Origin: an uncultured Verrucomicrobiae bacterium
GTDB taxonomy: Bacteria; Verrucomicrobiota; Verrucomicrobiia; Chthoniobacterales; Chthoniobacteraceae
Reading direction: 5' to 3'
DNA length: 64,000 nucleotides
Assembly (NCBI GenBank): GCA_963828525.1
Contig: CAWHEP010000004.1
Location: 160,001 to 224,000 of the forward strand
The position numbers were made by a program, and so were the translations under genes. Shown here one piece after another: positions 1 to 11,130 of the stretch (within the stretch, counting starts at the first letter, position 1; each line of letters opens with the position of its first letter). A model generated the notes under the pieces. That model saw only the letters and a program-made list of their open reading frames with translations, ran no database searches and was not told the origin of the DNA.

Positions 1-1159
1 GGACTTTGCGGGAGGCCTGCGCCTGCGCCTCTTCCTGATTGCACAGGAGTATGCCCTTGAGGTCATCTCCGCGAAAGTAACGAGCGATGAACTTCTTTTT
101 GCCACGATCTCCTTCGATCTCCGCTCGGGTGGGAGGAGCGGTGAAATCCCCGATGAAGTCAAAATGGAGATCGAACAATACGCTCGCGTGCCGCGGAATG
201 TATTCAAACTTCTGCCGCTTCTTACCTGTGATATTTGCCCCTGCGATCCTGCCCTGCTCCAAGGCGCTTTCCCAGTGCTCTGCGCGCCGCGCGCCGCCGA
301 AGAGTCGATCCGGATAGAGGGCGATGTCGCCAACTGCGTAAATCCCTTTCTCGTCGGTCTCGAGATACTCATTTACCGGGGTGCCTCCAGGGCTGCAAAG
401 AGGGGTGTCCGACACCAAATCGAGGTTTGGCTCTCCGCCGATCGCAACGAGCGCCATGCCAGCGGCAAAGCGGTTTCCGCTCTTAGTCTGTATGTTTTTG
501 AGGACCGTTTTACCCTCAAAGCCGTTCAGGGTCTCCTGCATCATCATTTCGACACCTTTTTTTGCAAAGTAGTCTGTAAGCCAGCGCGCCGACTCTGGGT
601 CGAGGTGTTTGCGCCAGAGACACGCGTGCTTGCTCATCAACTTCACGTCGAGTTTCATCTGCTTTATGAGAGCCGCTGTTTCCGCGGCGATGTGGCCGCC
701 GCCGATGACGACGATGCTTTTCTCCCCCTGGCAGATTTCGCGAAGCGCAATCACATCGCGGAGCGTGCGGATATAGATGACGTTTCCAAGATTTGCCCCT
801 GCGACCAGGGGGCGCTTCGGACGGCTGCCAGTTGCCAGGCACGCCTTGCGAAACTCGACGGCCTGCCCAGTTGCGAGCACGGCTATATGACGGTCGAGAT
901 TGATCTCGGTCACCGTTGTCTCGAGTCTCAAATCGACCTTGTGCGCGGCATACCACTTCGGGTCATGGTGAGCGATGCTCTCCGGAGCGACGGCTTCTCG
1001 GACGAGGTAGGACTTTAGCAGCGAGGGGCGTTTGTAGGGCGCCGCCGACTCGGCTCCCACGAGCATTACGGAACCGCGCTTGTCATAATGGCGGATGGTT
1101 TCGCAAACGCTTGCGCCCCCAACTCCTGCCCCGACGATAAGGTAATCTCTTTGGATCAT
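1..1159 (-). CDS. FAD-dependent pyridine nucleotide-disulfide oxidoreductase (ferredoxin reductase-like), 3' end outside window
   Basis: Manual minus-strand translation from ATG 1159: MIQRDYLIVGAGVGG (GxGxxG), ATGSRP, VVIGGGHIAAE, IYAVGDIA, EHWESALEQGRIAG; the frame stays open to base 1. Confidence 0.9.
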   Translation of the reverse strand, partial: MIQRDYLIVGAGVGGASVCETIRHYDKRGSVMLVGAESAAPYKRPSLLKSYLVREAVAPESIAHHDPKWYAAHKVDLRLETTVTEINLDRHIAVLATGQAVEFRKACLATGSRPKRPLVAGANLGNVIYIRTLRDVIALREICQGEKSIVVIGGGHIAAETAALIKQMKLDVKLMSKHACLWRKHLDPESARWLTDYFAKKGVEMMMQETLNGFEGKTVLKNIQTKSGNRFAAGMALVAIGGEPNLDLVSDTPLCSPGGTPVNEYLETDEKGIYAVGDIALYPDRLFGGARRAEHWESALEQGRIAGANITGKKRQKFEYIPRHASVLFDLHFDFIGDFTAPPTRAEIEGDRGKKKFIARYFRGDDLKGILLCNQEEAQAQASRKV

Positions 1160-1284
1160 TAACGAGACAAGCGATACTGCCGAGTCTTGCCGCAACTGCG
1201 AGGAAAATTTCGGTTATGGTGAAATTTGACTCAAGGGGTGGCAAAGGCCTGACGCGGCAAGGCTCTGCCGCGTTATGTCCCGCG

Positions 1285-1312
1285 TTGACAGGAATGCGCT
1301 TTGTCCTACTAT
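1285..1312 (+). promoter_or_regulatory. Candidate sigma70 promoter
   Basis: TTGACA-16 bp-TACTAT, 9 bp upstream of ATG 1322. Confidence 0.45.
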
Positions 1313-1321
1313 CCGCGGGAT

Positions 1322-1717
1322 ATGAAGTTCGGAAATCGGATTGCTCTGCTGTGGATGACCGCGACGTTTCTCGGCGCTGGCGCGACAAGCAGGGCCGGGG
1401 ACGCAGGCGCTTATGAAAGTTCGCTGGATAAGGTGGACTGTGAGCAGGTTGCAGGCTGGATCTGGGCCGTTGCGAAGCCGAATACTCCTGTCAAGATCGA
1501 CATCGTGGAAGGGACGACCGTCATTGGCACTTTCTCCGCGGATAAGTTCCGGCAGGACCTCAAGGACGCCGGGAAAGGGGACGGGAACCACGCCTTCTCG
1601 ATTCCACTACCCGCGAGCCTGAAAGATGGCAAAGCCCATACCCTGAAGGTGAAGGTTTCCGGCGAGGATGTCGAATTACACGGGTCGCCGCAGACGGTGA
1701 CTTGCGACGCAAAGTAG
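1322..1717 (+). CDS. Secreted small beta-rich (Ig-like) domain protein
   Basis: Signal peptide MKFGNRIALLW..., then VAGW...ADKFRQDLKDAGKGDGNHAFSIPLP. Confidence 0.75.
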   Translation: MKFGNRIALLWMTATFLGAGATSRAGDAGAYESSLDKVDCEQVAGWIWAVAKPNTPVKIDIVEGTTVIGTFSADKFRQDLKDAGKGDGNHAFSIPLPASLKDGKAHTLKVKVSGEDVELHGSPQTVTCDAK

Positions 1718-1735
1718 TTGCCTGACCTCTGGCGG

Positions 1736-2319
1736 TTATGATCCCGGCGGAACGGTGATCGTCCGCGGCGAGCCTGGAAGTATGAACTGACTCCCAGAAA
1801 CGCCTAGAGTGATCGAGTGAGGCAGTCCATCTTTGATCCTGGGGTTCAACGGGATCGCAAAAGCGTGCGCTCCATTGCCTTTTCCGGCGGCTTCTAAATC
1901 AGAGCGTAGGACATTCGCTGTGATGACATCGAGGACGCGCCCCGAGTCCATGACGTCAAGACTGACAGGTATATTGCGTTCGGACGCGTTCCAGACCCAT
2001 CCCGCGATCTGATCGTGGTTAAGCATGTCGAAGGAACCTTCGTAGACCGGTGGCAGCTCCGAAGGCGCTGTTGCCGCTCTGGTGTCTGCTCTAGAGACAG
2101 CGCAATTGCTTTTTGATAGCTTTGAACCGCAGCCTCTGCGGGAGGGTACGCCAGATAGCGCTCTGCGATTTCATCGATAAGAATGTCAGGATGCTGGTTG
2201 AGGACTATCGCGCGAACCTCCTTCTCGAACTCGGCTTCGCGAGAAGGGATCCACTGCGTGTTCTTGAAGTGCTCGAGATATGTTATCCGCCTGAAGCTGG
2301 CGGACAGGTATGGAGCCAC
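1736..2319 (-). pseudogene. 3' fragment of an AlgJ/AlgX-like O-acetyltransferase partner fused to an Ig-like domain; 5'-truncated and frameshifted
   Basis: APYLSASFRR...PDILIDEIAERYL resembles the AlgJ/AlgX C-terminus; after a shift near 2090 it continues YEGSFD..IAGW..RSDLEAAGKGNGAHAF. Confidence 0.6.
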
Positions 2320-3089
2320 TGGCTTGGCTGGCGGTTGCTGGATATACGCTGCAAATCTATTTCGACTTCTCGGGCTATTCAGATATGGCGATCGGGTTGG
2401 CCCGTATGTTCGGGTTTACTTTTCCGGAAAACTTTGCATATCCCTACATTTCGCAGTCGATCCGGGAATTCTGGAGGCGCTGGCATATCTCTCTCTCCTC
2501 TTGGTTCAGAGACTATGTGTACATCCCTTTGGGCGGCAACCGCTGCTCTCGCGCGCGAATCCATGCGAATCTCCTGACTGTTTTTCTACTGTGCGGTCTC
2601 TGGCATGGGGCGAGCTGGAATTTCATCGTCTGGGGGCTGTTTCACGGATTCTTTCTTGCCATGGAGCGCCCCGACTCTTCGAACTGGCGCTCCACTGGAT
2701 GGCGTCCTATGCGACATGCCTACGCGCTGTTGGTCGTTCTGACGGGGTGGGTGCTTTTCCGAGCCGAGACTTTGTCTCAGGCTGGCGCCTTCCTCGCCGC
2801 GATGGCGGGCTTTTCCCACGGCGGCGGCTTGGAGTATCATCCGTCTTTGTATCTCAACGCAAAGCTGGTGGCAGCGTTCACCGTAGCCGTGATCGGCGCC
2901 ACGCCGCTTCTACCTGCCTTATCCCGCTGGTGTGAAAATTGCCTCCAAAGGCTTCATAACTATTGGAAGCTCGCTGCTGAGGTGCTTCTCACAGGTGGAA
3001 GAGTTATGGCGCTGGCGTTGCTCCTGGTGCTCTGCGCGATGCAAATGGCAGCCGGAACGTATAACCCGTTTATCTACTTCCGATTTTGA
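2310..3089 (+). pseudogene. MBOAT O-acyltransferase (AlgI-like), C-terminal half only
   Basis: QIYFDFSGYSDMAIG, EFWRRWHISLSSWFRDYVYIPLGG, GLWHGA and terminal YNPFIYFRF; the N-terminal half is absent. Confidence 0.85.
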
Positions 3090-3099
3090 CCGCCTGGAA

Positions 3100-3645
3100 C
3101 TACCGCTTCTCTGGCAGTGAGAGCCAAAGTCGCGCATTGTTCCAATCGCGCTTCCCTCTGTCAGCGGTGAGTACCTCCCCGCCCGGCTTGTAGACTCCGA
3201 TTGCGAGCGCTTTCGCGCTTCCCATCTGAGCGGAGGTGACCTGGAAGGCGTCGCGCCAGAAGGCTCCTGGTCTGACCTCAGCGTCTATCGGATGATCGGT
3301 TTGGCTCAGAATTTTCCCGTCCGAGCTGAGCGTCTGGACAAAGAGGGCGTAACCCCGAGACTGGTCAGCGACTCCATTCCAATAGAGCGTCAGCCTGCAG
3401 CCACCGTCATTGTTGCTCAAGCCAGCCCCAGCAAGCTTGAGCGCTTTCCCAAAGAGGACTCCGTGACTTTCAGGGGGAGTTTGTGAAGCGCCCTCATCGA
3501 AGGCCTTTTGGTTCAAGACCGCGATTGCAGGAGTTGCGGCCGCGCGATCAGCCTGAGGCGCAGCCGCGACCTGGAGAGGCTTATTACATCCAGCCATGCA
3601 CAACGCCACGCATGCAAAAAAGAGGGGGAGGAGGGGACGCAACAT
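3100..3645 (-). CDS. Lipoprotein of unknown function
   Basis: Lipobox-like MAGC after a hydrophobic stretch; LTLYW...LFVQ...QTDHP beta-domain. Confidence 0.65.
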   Translation of the reverse strand: MLRPLLPLFFACVALCMAGCNKPLQVAAAPQADRAAATPAIAVLNQKAFDEGASQTPPESHGVLFGKALKLAGAGLSNNDGGCRLTLYWNGVADQSRGYALFVQTLSSDGKILSQTDHPIDAEVRPGAFWRDAFQVTSAQMGSAKALAIGVYKPGGEVLTADRGKRDWNNARLWLSLPEKR

Positions 3646-3761
3646 CGGAAGCTTCCTAACTGAAACAATCAAGACATCAAGGCCAATCCTCTGGAAGAGC
3701 AATAAGATACACACCGGGTGACTCTGGAATCTGATTTGCAAAGCGGGTTCGCTTCTCTACG

Positions 3762-5894
3762 GTGTGCCCTCTTATGGCGCCCCTTGCGGAAACGGATTTT
3801 GCCTCTTCCACTACTGGCTACTCCGCAGGCAGATCTCTCGTCGCTAGATTATACGCGTCGTTGTGTTTTTCTGCTTCGGGCAACAGCGCGCCCTTGCCCG
3901 AAAAGGGCCGCCCGCCCCGGGGGTTGGTTATTTGGCTGATCGGGCTCACCATCGTGAAAATGGTGTTGGTAGGGCACGAGGAAATCCTGGCCTACTACCT
4001 GCCCCACGATTGCTTATGGCAGGTTCGTGCCGCGCGCCGCCTGTATTGGGAAGGCAGCTACCAATGGGATACCCTTTTGCACCTCCCGGTTTATCCTTTC
4101 TTTATCGAAGCCGTCCGCTGTACCGGGCTGCCGCTGCGGGTGGCCACGGATCTGCTTTTCTGCCTTACATCCTCTCTCCTTGCGGTGGCGCTCTGGCGGC
4201 TGCGAGTTCCCACTGTTATCGCGGCGATAGCCGGGCTGGCCGCGATGTATCACCCCGCGTCGTTTCAGCTACCCAATATTTGCGGTGCTGAGATTCTGAT
4301 GCCCTCCATCATCATGGGCGCTGTCGCTGCCTCGTTGACTTGGTGGGCCAAACGCAATGCGCGACTGACTTTAGGTTCAGCGGTCTCACTTTCAGTCTGG
4401 TGGGCTATGGCATGGAACCTTCGCAGCGAAGCAGTCTTGGTTGCTGGCCTCCTCGGGTTCCTTGCCGTGTGCATTGTCGCTGCTGACTGGCGTCACGGCG
4501 CCGCAGTTCTCTGCAGCCGAGTTTTCACGGGGGTGCTGCTGCCCGTGTGCGCCTCGATGTCATTGGCAACGGCCATCAAGGCCGGGAATTATATGCGATG
4601 GGGCCTGTTTGCCACCACGATCGAGACCGCGCCTGGATACAAGGCTGCTTACCGCGAGCTCCAGTCAATTCCGCCGAAGCAGCCCCTGGATTTCATTCCG
4701 GCCCCGGTCGAGGTCCGTCTTCGCGCGTACAGTGTCAGTCCGGCATTCTCGGAGCTGCGCCCTTTTTTGGAAGGAAGCTTGGGAGCGGGCTGGGCGGGTA
4801 TTTCACGCCCTTTCACGGATGCTCTCGGAATGTTTCAACTTGCGCCTCAGGAGATTGCCGCAGGGTGGTTCTACTGGGCTCTGCATGATTCGGCGGTCGC
4901 AGCGGGACACGGTAATTCACCAGCAGAAGAAAACCGTTTTTTTCAAAGAGTCGCGGATCAGCTCCGTCTGGCTCAGAAGGAGGGACGGCTCTCCTCCCGA
5001 CCTGTACCGATCCCATTCCTGGATCCATCATGGAATCGTTGGATAAGGAAGCTCCCCGGGTCTCTCTACTTTTCCATGCGCATCATGCTCGAGCCCGCCG
5101 TTTCAGTCCGGCCGATGCAGGATCCTCGCGTAGCCGCAAGTCTGGAGAAGGAATTTGATCGCGAGACAAACCGGCGCTCTGATCTACTGGAGCTGCCGGA
5201 AGGCGAAATACGCGGTTGGGTGACGGAGCTCGGCTCGCGCGTCACTTCCGTTAGTCTTGTTTCCCGCGAAGGCGCGATGATCGCGATGACGTTTCCGGAT
5301 ATTCCGCGTCCAGACGTGGATCGAAGCGGACTCGCCGGGTTTGATCTCAGAACCTCAGTGCAAAACCCGGAGGACTGGAACTCTTGCAAGGTGGTTATCA
5401 ATACTCAGGACTCAGGGCTTGTGGATATTCCGATGAGCGCGTTAAAAGTGGGACAGCCTACGCCCCGCTTTGCAGGTAGCCAGAGGGTCACGTTTTGCGC
5501 AGACATTTTGTCTTCCCCCTCCAGAGTCAGTAACTGGACGTGGGATGCGCAGACAGGCTGGGAAAGGCGATATCTGCGAGTGATTAAGATTGCCGGCTGG
5601 GAGCTTTTGCTTTTACCACTCGTATTCGCTGTCGCTGCTCTCAAAAGGGAGCCATCGCCGGGTTTGATCGCCACAACGTTCCTTGCATTCGCCGTCGCGC
5701 AGTGGATGACATTCTTTGCGTTACTCGACGCGACATCATGGCAAAATCAACCCAGATATCTTTTTGTGGTAATGCCTTTGTTTGGTGTGGTCGTGGTATT
5801 AAACGCCTACCAGGTGCTCGCTAGCGCGCTTGTTCTGTTTAGGCGCGGAACCGAGGTAAGCAATCCCTCGATGAATCCGGTGGTGACCTTGTGA
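3762..5894 (+). CDS. Polytopic membrane protein, possibly a GT-C-fold glycosyltransferase (start uncertain)
   Basis: 710-aa ORF with many TM segments, HLPVYP and PRYL motifs, in a glycan cluster. Confidence 0.65.
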   Translation: MCPLMAPLAETDFASSTTGYSAGRSLVARLYASLCFSASGNSAPLPEKGRPPRGLVIWLIGLTIVKMVLVGHEEILAYYLPHDCLWQVRAARRLYWEGSYQWDTLLHLPVYPFFIEAVRCTGLPLRVATDLLFCLTSSLLAVALWRLRVPTVIAAIAGLAAMYHPASFQLPNICGAEILMPSIIMGAVAASLTWWAKRNARLTLGSAVSLSVWWAMAWNLRSEAVLVAGLLGFLAVCIVAADWRHGAAVLCSRVFTGVLLPVCASMSLATAIKAGNYMRWGLFATTIETAPGYKAAYRELQSIPPKQPLDFIPAPVEVRLRAYSVSPAFSELRPFLEGSLGAGWAGISRPFTDALGMFQLAPQEIAAGWFYWALHDSAVAAGHGNSPAEENRFFQRVADQLRLAQKEGRLSSRPVPIPFLDPSWNRWIRKLPGSLYFSMRIMLEPAVSVRPMQDPRVAASLEKEFDRETNRRSDLLELPEGEIRGWVTELGSRVTSVSLVSREGAMIAMTFPDIPRPDVDRSGLAGFDLRTSVQNPEDWNSCKVVINTQDSGLVDIPMSALKVGQPTPRFAGSQRVTFCADILSSPSRVSNWTWDAQTGWERRYLRVIKIAGWELLLLPLVFAVAALKREPSPGLIATTFLAFAVAQWMTFFALLDATSWQNQPRYLFVVMPLFGVVVVLNAYQVLASALVLFRRGTEVSNPSMNPVVTL

Positions 5895-7114
5895 TGAAAC
5901 CGGCGCAATACCTGATCTTAGGAGGCGGCCCAAGCGGATTGACCGTCGCGCACGCGCTTATTGCTGCAGGTATACCTTTGGAGCAGGTAGTGGTTATTGA
6001 GGCGGAGACTGAACCGGGCGGTCTTTGCCGCTCAACCGTCATCGACGGGTCGCCTCTGGATATTGGGGGCGGTCACTTCCTCGACGTTCGCCGTCGGGAA
6101 GTATTGGATTTTTTATTCCGCTTCATGCCGGCTGAAGAATGGAATACCTTCGGCCGTGTAGCAAAAATTAGGCTGCGGAAGCAGGAGATCGATCACCCTC
6201 TGGAGGCAAATCTCTGGCAATTCACCAAGGAAGACCAGGTGGATTACCTTGAATCCATCGCGCAAGCAGGAGCGGTCCGGGGCGAGACAATGCCCGAGTC
6301 GTTCGCCGACTGGGTAAGGTGGAAGTTTGGCGAGCGCATCGCTGAGGAGTATATGTTGCCATACAATCGCAAAATGTGGTCGATGAGCCTGGAAACTCTG
6401 GGCACATATTGGCTCTACAAGCTTCCTAATGTTTCCTTTCGGGAGACGCTCCGTAGTTGCCTGGAAGCGCGGCCCTTTGGAGCTCTACCCGCTCACGGCA
6501 CATTCCTTTACCCGAAAACGCATGGGTATGGGGAGGTCTGGCGCCGAATGGGGAAGGCGCTTGGCGATAGCTTGATCTTGGGGTGCCCTGTTACAAGCAT
6601 CGACATTGATTCGCTCGTGGTTAACGACTGTTGGAAGGCAGAAACGGTTATAAGCTCCGTACCTTGGACGATTTGGCCGCGACTCGCCGGAAATCTCCCG
6701 CCGTCAGTGATAGGTTTCATTGATGAACTGCGCTACACCGCTGTGGACGTGGACTACCATCACGAGACGCAGGAGACAAACGCCCATTGGATCTACGAAC
6801 CTCGGGAAGACATAGGATATCACCGCATCCTGGCCCGTTCAAACTTTAGCGCTGGCGCGGTTGGCTATTGGACGGAAGCCAATGACTCGCGTTCTGAACC
6901 ACAAACAGGATTCCGACACCACAACAAATATGCGTATCCGGTGAATACGTTGGGAAAGCCGGCCGCCGTGAATGGAATTGTAGAGTGGGCGAGGGGGAAG
7001 AACATTATTGGGCTGGGCCGCTGGGGCACTTGGGAGCATATGAACAGTGATGTGGCGGTGGCGGAAGCTCTGGCGTTGGCTAGGAAGCTCACTCAGGGAG
7101 CGTTCCGCGCGTGA
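5894..7114 (+). CDS. FAD-dependent oxidoreductase (protoporphyrinogen oxidase / UDP-galactopyranose mutase-like)
   Basis: LGGGPSGL, PGGLCRS, DIGGGHF, PYNRKMW, LGRWGTWEHMNSD. Confidence 0.85.
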   Translation: MKPAQYLILGGGPSGLTVAHALIAAGIPLEQVVVIEAETEPGGLCRSTVIDGSPLDIGGGHFLDVRRREVLDFLFRFMPAEEWNTFGRVAKIRLRKQEIDHPLEANLWQFTKEDQVDYLESIAQAGAVRGETMPESFADWVRWKFGERIAEEYMLPYNRKMWSMSLETLGTYWLYKLPNVSFRETLRSCLEARPFGALPAHGTFLYPKTHGYGEVWRRMGKALGDSLILGCPVTSIDIDSLVVNDCWKAETVISSVPWTIWPRLAGNLPPSVIGFIDELRYTAVDVDYHHETQETNAHWIYEPREDIGYHRILARSNFSAGAVGYWTEANDSRSEPQTGFRHHNKYAYPVNTLGKPAAVNGIVEWARGKNIIGLGRWGTWEHMNSDVAVAEALALARKLTQGAFRA

Positions 7115-7815
7115 AGATCAGCCTATGCCTGATTGTGTGGAACGAGGTCGAAGGGTGCGCCATCGATGTGCCTGATCTGCCGACCTCCGACTTTCACGAG
7201 GTATTTGCTGTGGATGGAGGAAGCACAGACGGAACTGTCCCATTCCTTGAGAACTGCGGTATCGCCGTCCACGCGCAGCCTCGGAAAAGCCTTAACGCGG
7301 CGTATCACCACGCGGTGAGTTTATGCACGGGCGACGCGCTGGTCGTGTTTTTTCCCAAGGCTACTATTTCCCCCCGCAGTCTGATCGACATAGTTAAATC
7401 CTTGCACAAAGGGTATGAGCTCGTCATCGCGAGCCGAAACATTCGCGGGGGAGTGAACGAAGAGGATTGCAAATTCCTGAAGCCTAGGAAGTGGGGAATC
7501 AGGGCACTCGCGCTGCTGGTGGCCGGACTGTGGTGCAGAGACGGACTCTGGGTGCGGGATGTCTTGCACGGAGTAAAGGGGTTTACCCTTTCCTCTTTTC
7601 GCCGGATGAATATTAATCCTGTCGGCGTCACAATCGACCTCGAGATGATTGTTCGGGCGTACCGGTTGAGGATATCAAGGATGGAGGTTCCTGTTCAGGA
7701 AAGCCCGCGCATCGCGGGCAAGACCCATTTCAAGATTTGGCCGACTGCAAAGAAGCTGGCTCGTTTTATTTTGACGGAGATCCGCGGCAGACCGTTGATG
7801 CCGCATAATCAGTAA
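7111..7815 (+). CDS. Glycosyltransferase family 2
   Basis: WNE, VDGGSTDGT, LVIASR motifs. Confidence 0.85.
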   Translation: MKISLCLIVWNEVEGCAIDVPDLPTSDFHEVFAVDGGSTDGTVPFLENCGIAVHAQPRKSLNAAYHHAVSLCTGDALVVFFPKATISPRSLIDIVKSLHKGYELVIASRNIRGGVNEEDCKFLKPRKWGIRALALLVAGLWCRDGLWVRDVLHGVKGFTLSSFRRMNINPVGVTIDLEMIVRAYRLRISRMEVPVQESPRIAGKTHFKIWPTAKKLARFILTEIRGRPLMPHNQ

Positions 7816-10800
7816 CCTCGCTGCATCCAGCATCCTGACACCAAGGCACCATATCGTTCGATCATCTCCTCATGATTCACAAGGCAGTCAAGAACCTGCC
7901 GCGAGTCTTTTGCCATCGCGGCGCGTTTGACGGGATCATCCAGAAGGGCGCGAAGCCGGTCAGCGAGCATCTCCGCGTCGTCAATTCCAAATAGCAGAGC
8001 GTTCACGCGATCTCTCACTTGTTCCGTGATTCCCGCGCAGTTGGTTGTGACAATCGGGAGCCCAAAGGCTTCGGCTTCCAGTATTGCGAGGCTGTAGCTC
8101 TCCATCCGCGACGTGAAAGCGAAGATGTCCGCGGCCCGGTAATACGGAAAGACATTCGGAGTAGCGGCGACAAGGTTCACGTGACCCGCAACATCGGAGG
8201 CTCGGATTAATTTTTGGATTTCCAATGCATAGGGCAAAGACTCGTCCAGACCTACCAGATAGATGAAGAAGTCATCTCTCTCCGCCGCGAGCAAGGCGGC
8301 TGCTTCCACCAGGGTTTTCTGCCCTTTTCTATCGCAGATCGTGCCGACCATCGTTATGATCGTCTTGCCGGGGGGAGCGCCGATCACGAGGCGCGCGCCA
8401 GCGGGCGATGTGCTCCGCGCGTATTCGTCGATCTTGATGGGATCAAGCCCATTGGGGATCACGAGCGTGTTGCTGGTGAGATCGTAACGACGGAAAAGCT
8501 GACGTGTCTGCTCCGAGACAAACACCACGTATCGCGCCTGGCTGAAAGCTCTTTCACACCTGGCCAGAGTGAATCCGTTGAAATGCGAACGCATCTGCTC
8601 TGGGGTGAAACTCTCGTGGATGATCCAGATGCAGGGCACCGCTTCCGCGGCGGCCGCCTCCACAGTATAAAAAGAGAACAGGGTGTTGGCGATGGCGACA
8701 TCCGGTTGCTCCTCCCGGAGTATTGCCCGGGCCCGCGCGAGAGTCGATTCGTAGTGATATTCAGAAGCCCACCCCTTCATCACGTTTGTCGCATCCTTCA
8801 GGTCGAGAGGTTCCACGCGAACGCTGATGTCTTGTTGAGCATAACTATCTTCCACGGGGCCGGAAGAGGGAGACACCACCGAGAGGCGCGCTTGCAGCGA
8901 GTTCTTCAACCCGGCTGCTACGTCATAGAGAGCCTTGGTTGCTCCTTCTCCCGCGTTGAGATTGTGTGTGTGGCACAGCACGCGCAGCGAGCGCGCTGAG
9001 TCAATGGCAGCTTTGCCCGACGCGCAGGGATCAATGCAGTAGTTGGACGTCTGTGAAAGGTTGGGATTGTAGTAAATGTCGCGGGTCGCGCGATACTGCG
9101 CGCGAAATCGGGCGAGCTCTCCAGGATCGTCATACCGGCTGCGGCTCTTCGACTCGTGGTGGAGAAGCTCGGCTCCTCCTACATAGACGGAGCGATATCC
9201 CGCCTAGCTCAGGCGCATGCAATAGTCTACGTCGTTCATTGTCACTGGGTAACGCGCTTCATCGAAGCCACCCAACTCCAGAAATTGGGCGCGCCTCGTG
9301 AGCATGCACGCGCCTGTCACAGCCATGCAAGGCCGCGCGACTTCCGCCTGGAAAAAGTAGCTTGCCGCGTCCGCCGGTTGGTTCAGGAAGGAATGGTCGG
9401 GCGCGATGCCATTCAGCATCCAGAGTGTCACTCCACCGTGCTGAAGCTTGCCCCCGGGGTAGAGCAGGCGGGCGCCAGTGGCGCCCACTCCAGGGAGACT
9501 AAGATAGCCCGCCATCCTCGACAGCCACCTCGGCTCAAGGACTTCAGTGTCGTTGTTAAGAAACAGGATCAAGTCGGAATTGTCCTGCTTCACCGCAAGG
9601 TTGTTTATGCGCGCAAACGAGAACGGCTTGCCGTCATTCCCGATTTCCACAATTTTGACATTCTGCCTCGCCAGGCTCTTCAGGTAAGCAGCGGTTACTG
9701 GTTCATCGCTTTCGTTGTCCACCACGGTGATGCTGAAGTTCTGGTAGGTGGTTTTCTTGATGATCGAGTCGATGCATCTCTCCAGAAGATCCGCGTGGTT
9801 GCGCGTCGGGATGATGATGGAGATGGAGGGTCCATTATCGGGCCAGTCCAGGAGGTTTATCGGGACGCCAAGCTTGCGGGCAAATTTTGGAGTGTAGGGT
9901 CTGCCCGGGCTGCCTATTGCCTCCAGGTAGTTTTCGACAGCCTTGGTGCTTGCGCCATGCATGAAGCGTTTGCTGTCCGCGGATGAGGCCGTGGAGCCGG
10001 GCAGTGATCGCCAATGATACAGAACCTTCGGGATGTGATGGATCCGACGGGCTAGGGGAGCGGCTCGCAAGAGGAGATCCTGATCCTGAGCGCCCTCGTA
10101 ACCCAAACGAAGTCCGCCAATCTTTTCGAATAGGGCGCGTCGAATGCAGCAAAGATGGTTTACGTAATTGTAAGAGAGCAACAGTTCAGGGGACCAGTCT
10201 GGCTTGAAATGCGGATCGTACCGCCTTCCATCTTCACCGATCTTGTCCTCGTCGGTGTAGAGGAGATCTATATCGGGCTGTTTTTGCAGGGCGGCGGCAA
10301 TTTCAAAAAGAGCCTCAGGAGCGAGGGTGTCATCATTATCCATGAATACAAGGAACTCGCCCCTCGCGAGCGAGGCGGCCGAATTGGTCGCGGCGCAGAT
10401 GTGGCCGTTCTCTTTCCTCATCTCAAGCTGGACGCGCCCATCGGCGCTCAGCGCGCTGAGATAGGCAAGCAACTCGGCGTCAGTTGAAGCATCGTCCGCG
10501 ATGCAAAGCTCCCAGTTTGTATAAATCTGGCCCCGAATGGAGTCGACCGCTGCCTTTAACCACTTCGTGGCGACATTGTAAACGGGCATCACTATGCTAA
10601 TGCAGGGTTGGTAAGGAAAGGCCGCCGCTGTCCTCGCGAGCGCTTCGCGCAGGTATGGCGTCATGCTATTTTTCTCAAGCCATGCTTCATAAAGGCTGCT
10701 CCCGCTCTTCCCTGCGGAGGAGGATAGCTCACGAAAATTTGACCTCACCCCCCGCCGCTCCGCGATGGGCGATCCCGGGCTCGATTCATCGGCGCTCCTC

Positions 10801-11123
10801 GCGAGCGCTTCGATGATCTGCCGGTTGCTGAATTCCCATTTTCGGTATGACTCCAGGATCTTGTCGATGTGTTTGTATCCTGCGCCGGCGGTGTTTTTAG
10901 GATCGATCAGAGCAAGCGGATTGGAGTAGCGCCAGCGGCGGGACTGATAAAGCCGCTGAATTGCATCTTCCAGGTCTCCCATAAGCGAGAGCAGCTTCCG
11001 CAGCGCTTTCCACTGATCGCGAAGACTGTGAGATAGAGAAGATACCTGCTCGCTGAGGCGGCGAGCCTCACGCTCCGCCTCCTCGAGTTCGCTTTTCTCG
11101 GGGGACTCGTTGCCGGGAGACAT
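7809..11123 (-). pseudogene. Multidomain glycosyltransferase (GT2-GT2-GT4) interrupted by one in-frame TAG at 9204-9206
   Basis: ORFs 9204..11123 and 7809..8981 share a frame; read-through gives MRLS*AGYRSVYVGGAELLHHESKSR...YYNPNL; two GT2 domains and a GT4 domain (ESYSLAILEA). Confidence 0.85.
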
Positions 11124-11130
11124 GGCGCGG

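Noticed and set aside
164..1018. 284-aa plus-strand ORF and many similar long overlapping ORFs
   Set aside because: Antisense shadows of real genes in GC-rich DNA
9204..9206. Genome-wide TAG recoding
   Set aside because: rpmE and prfA end at TAG and RF1 is intact; only one in-frame TAG case was seen
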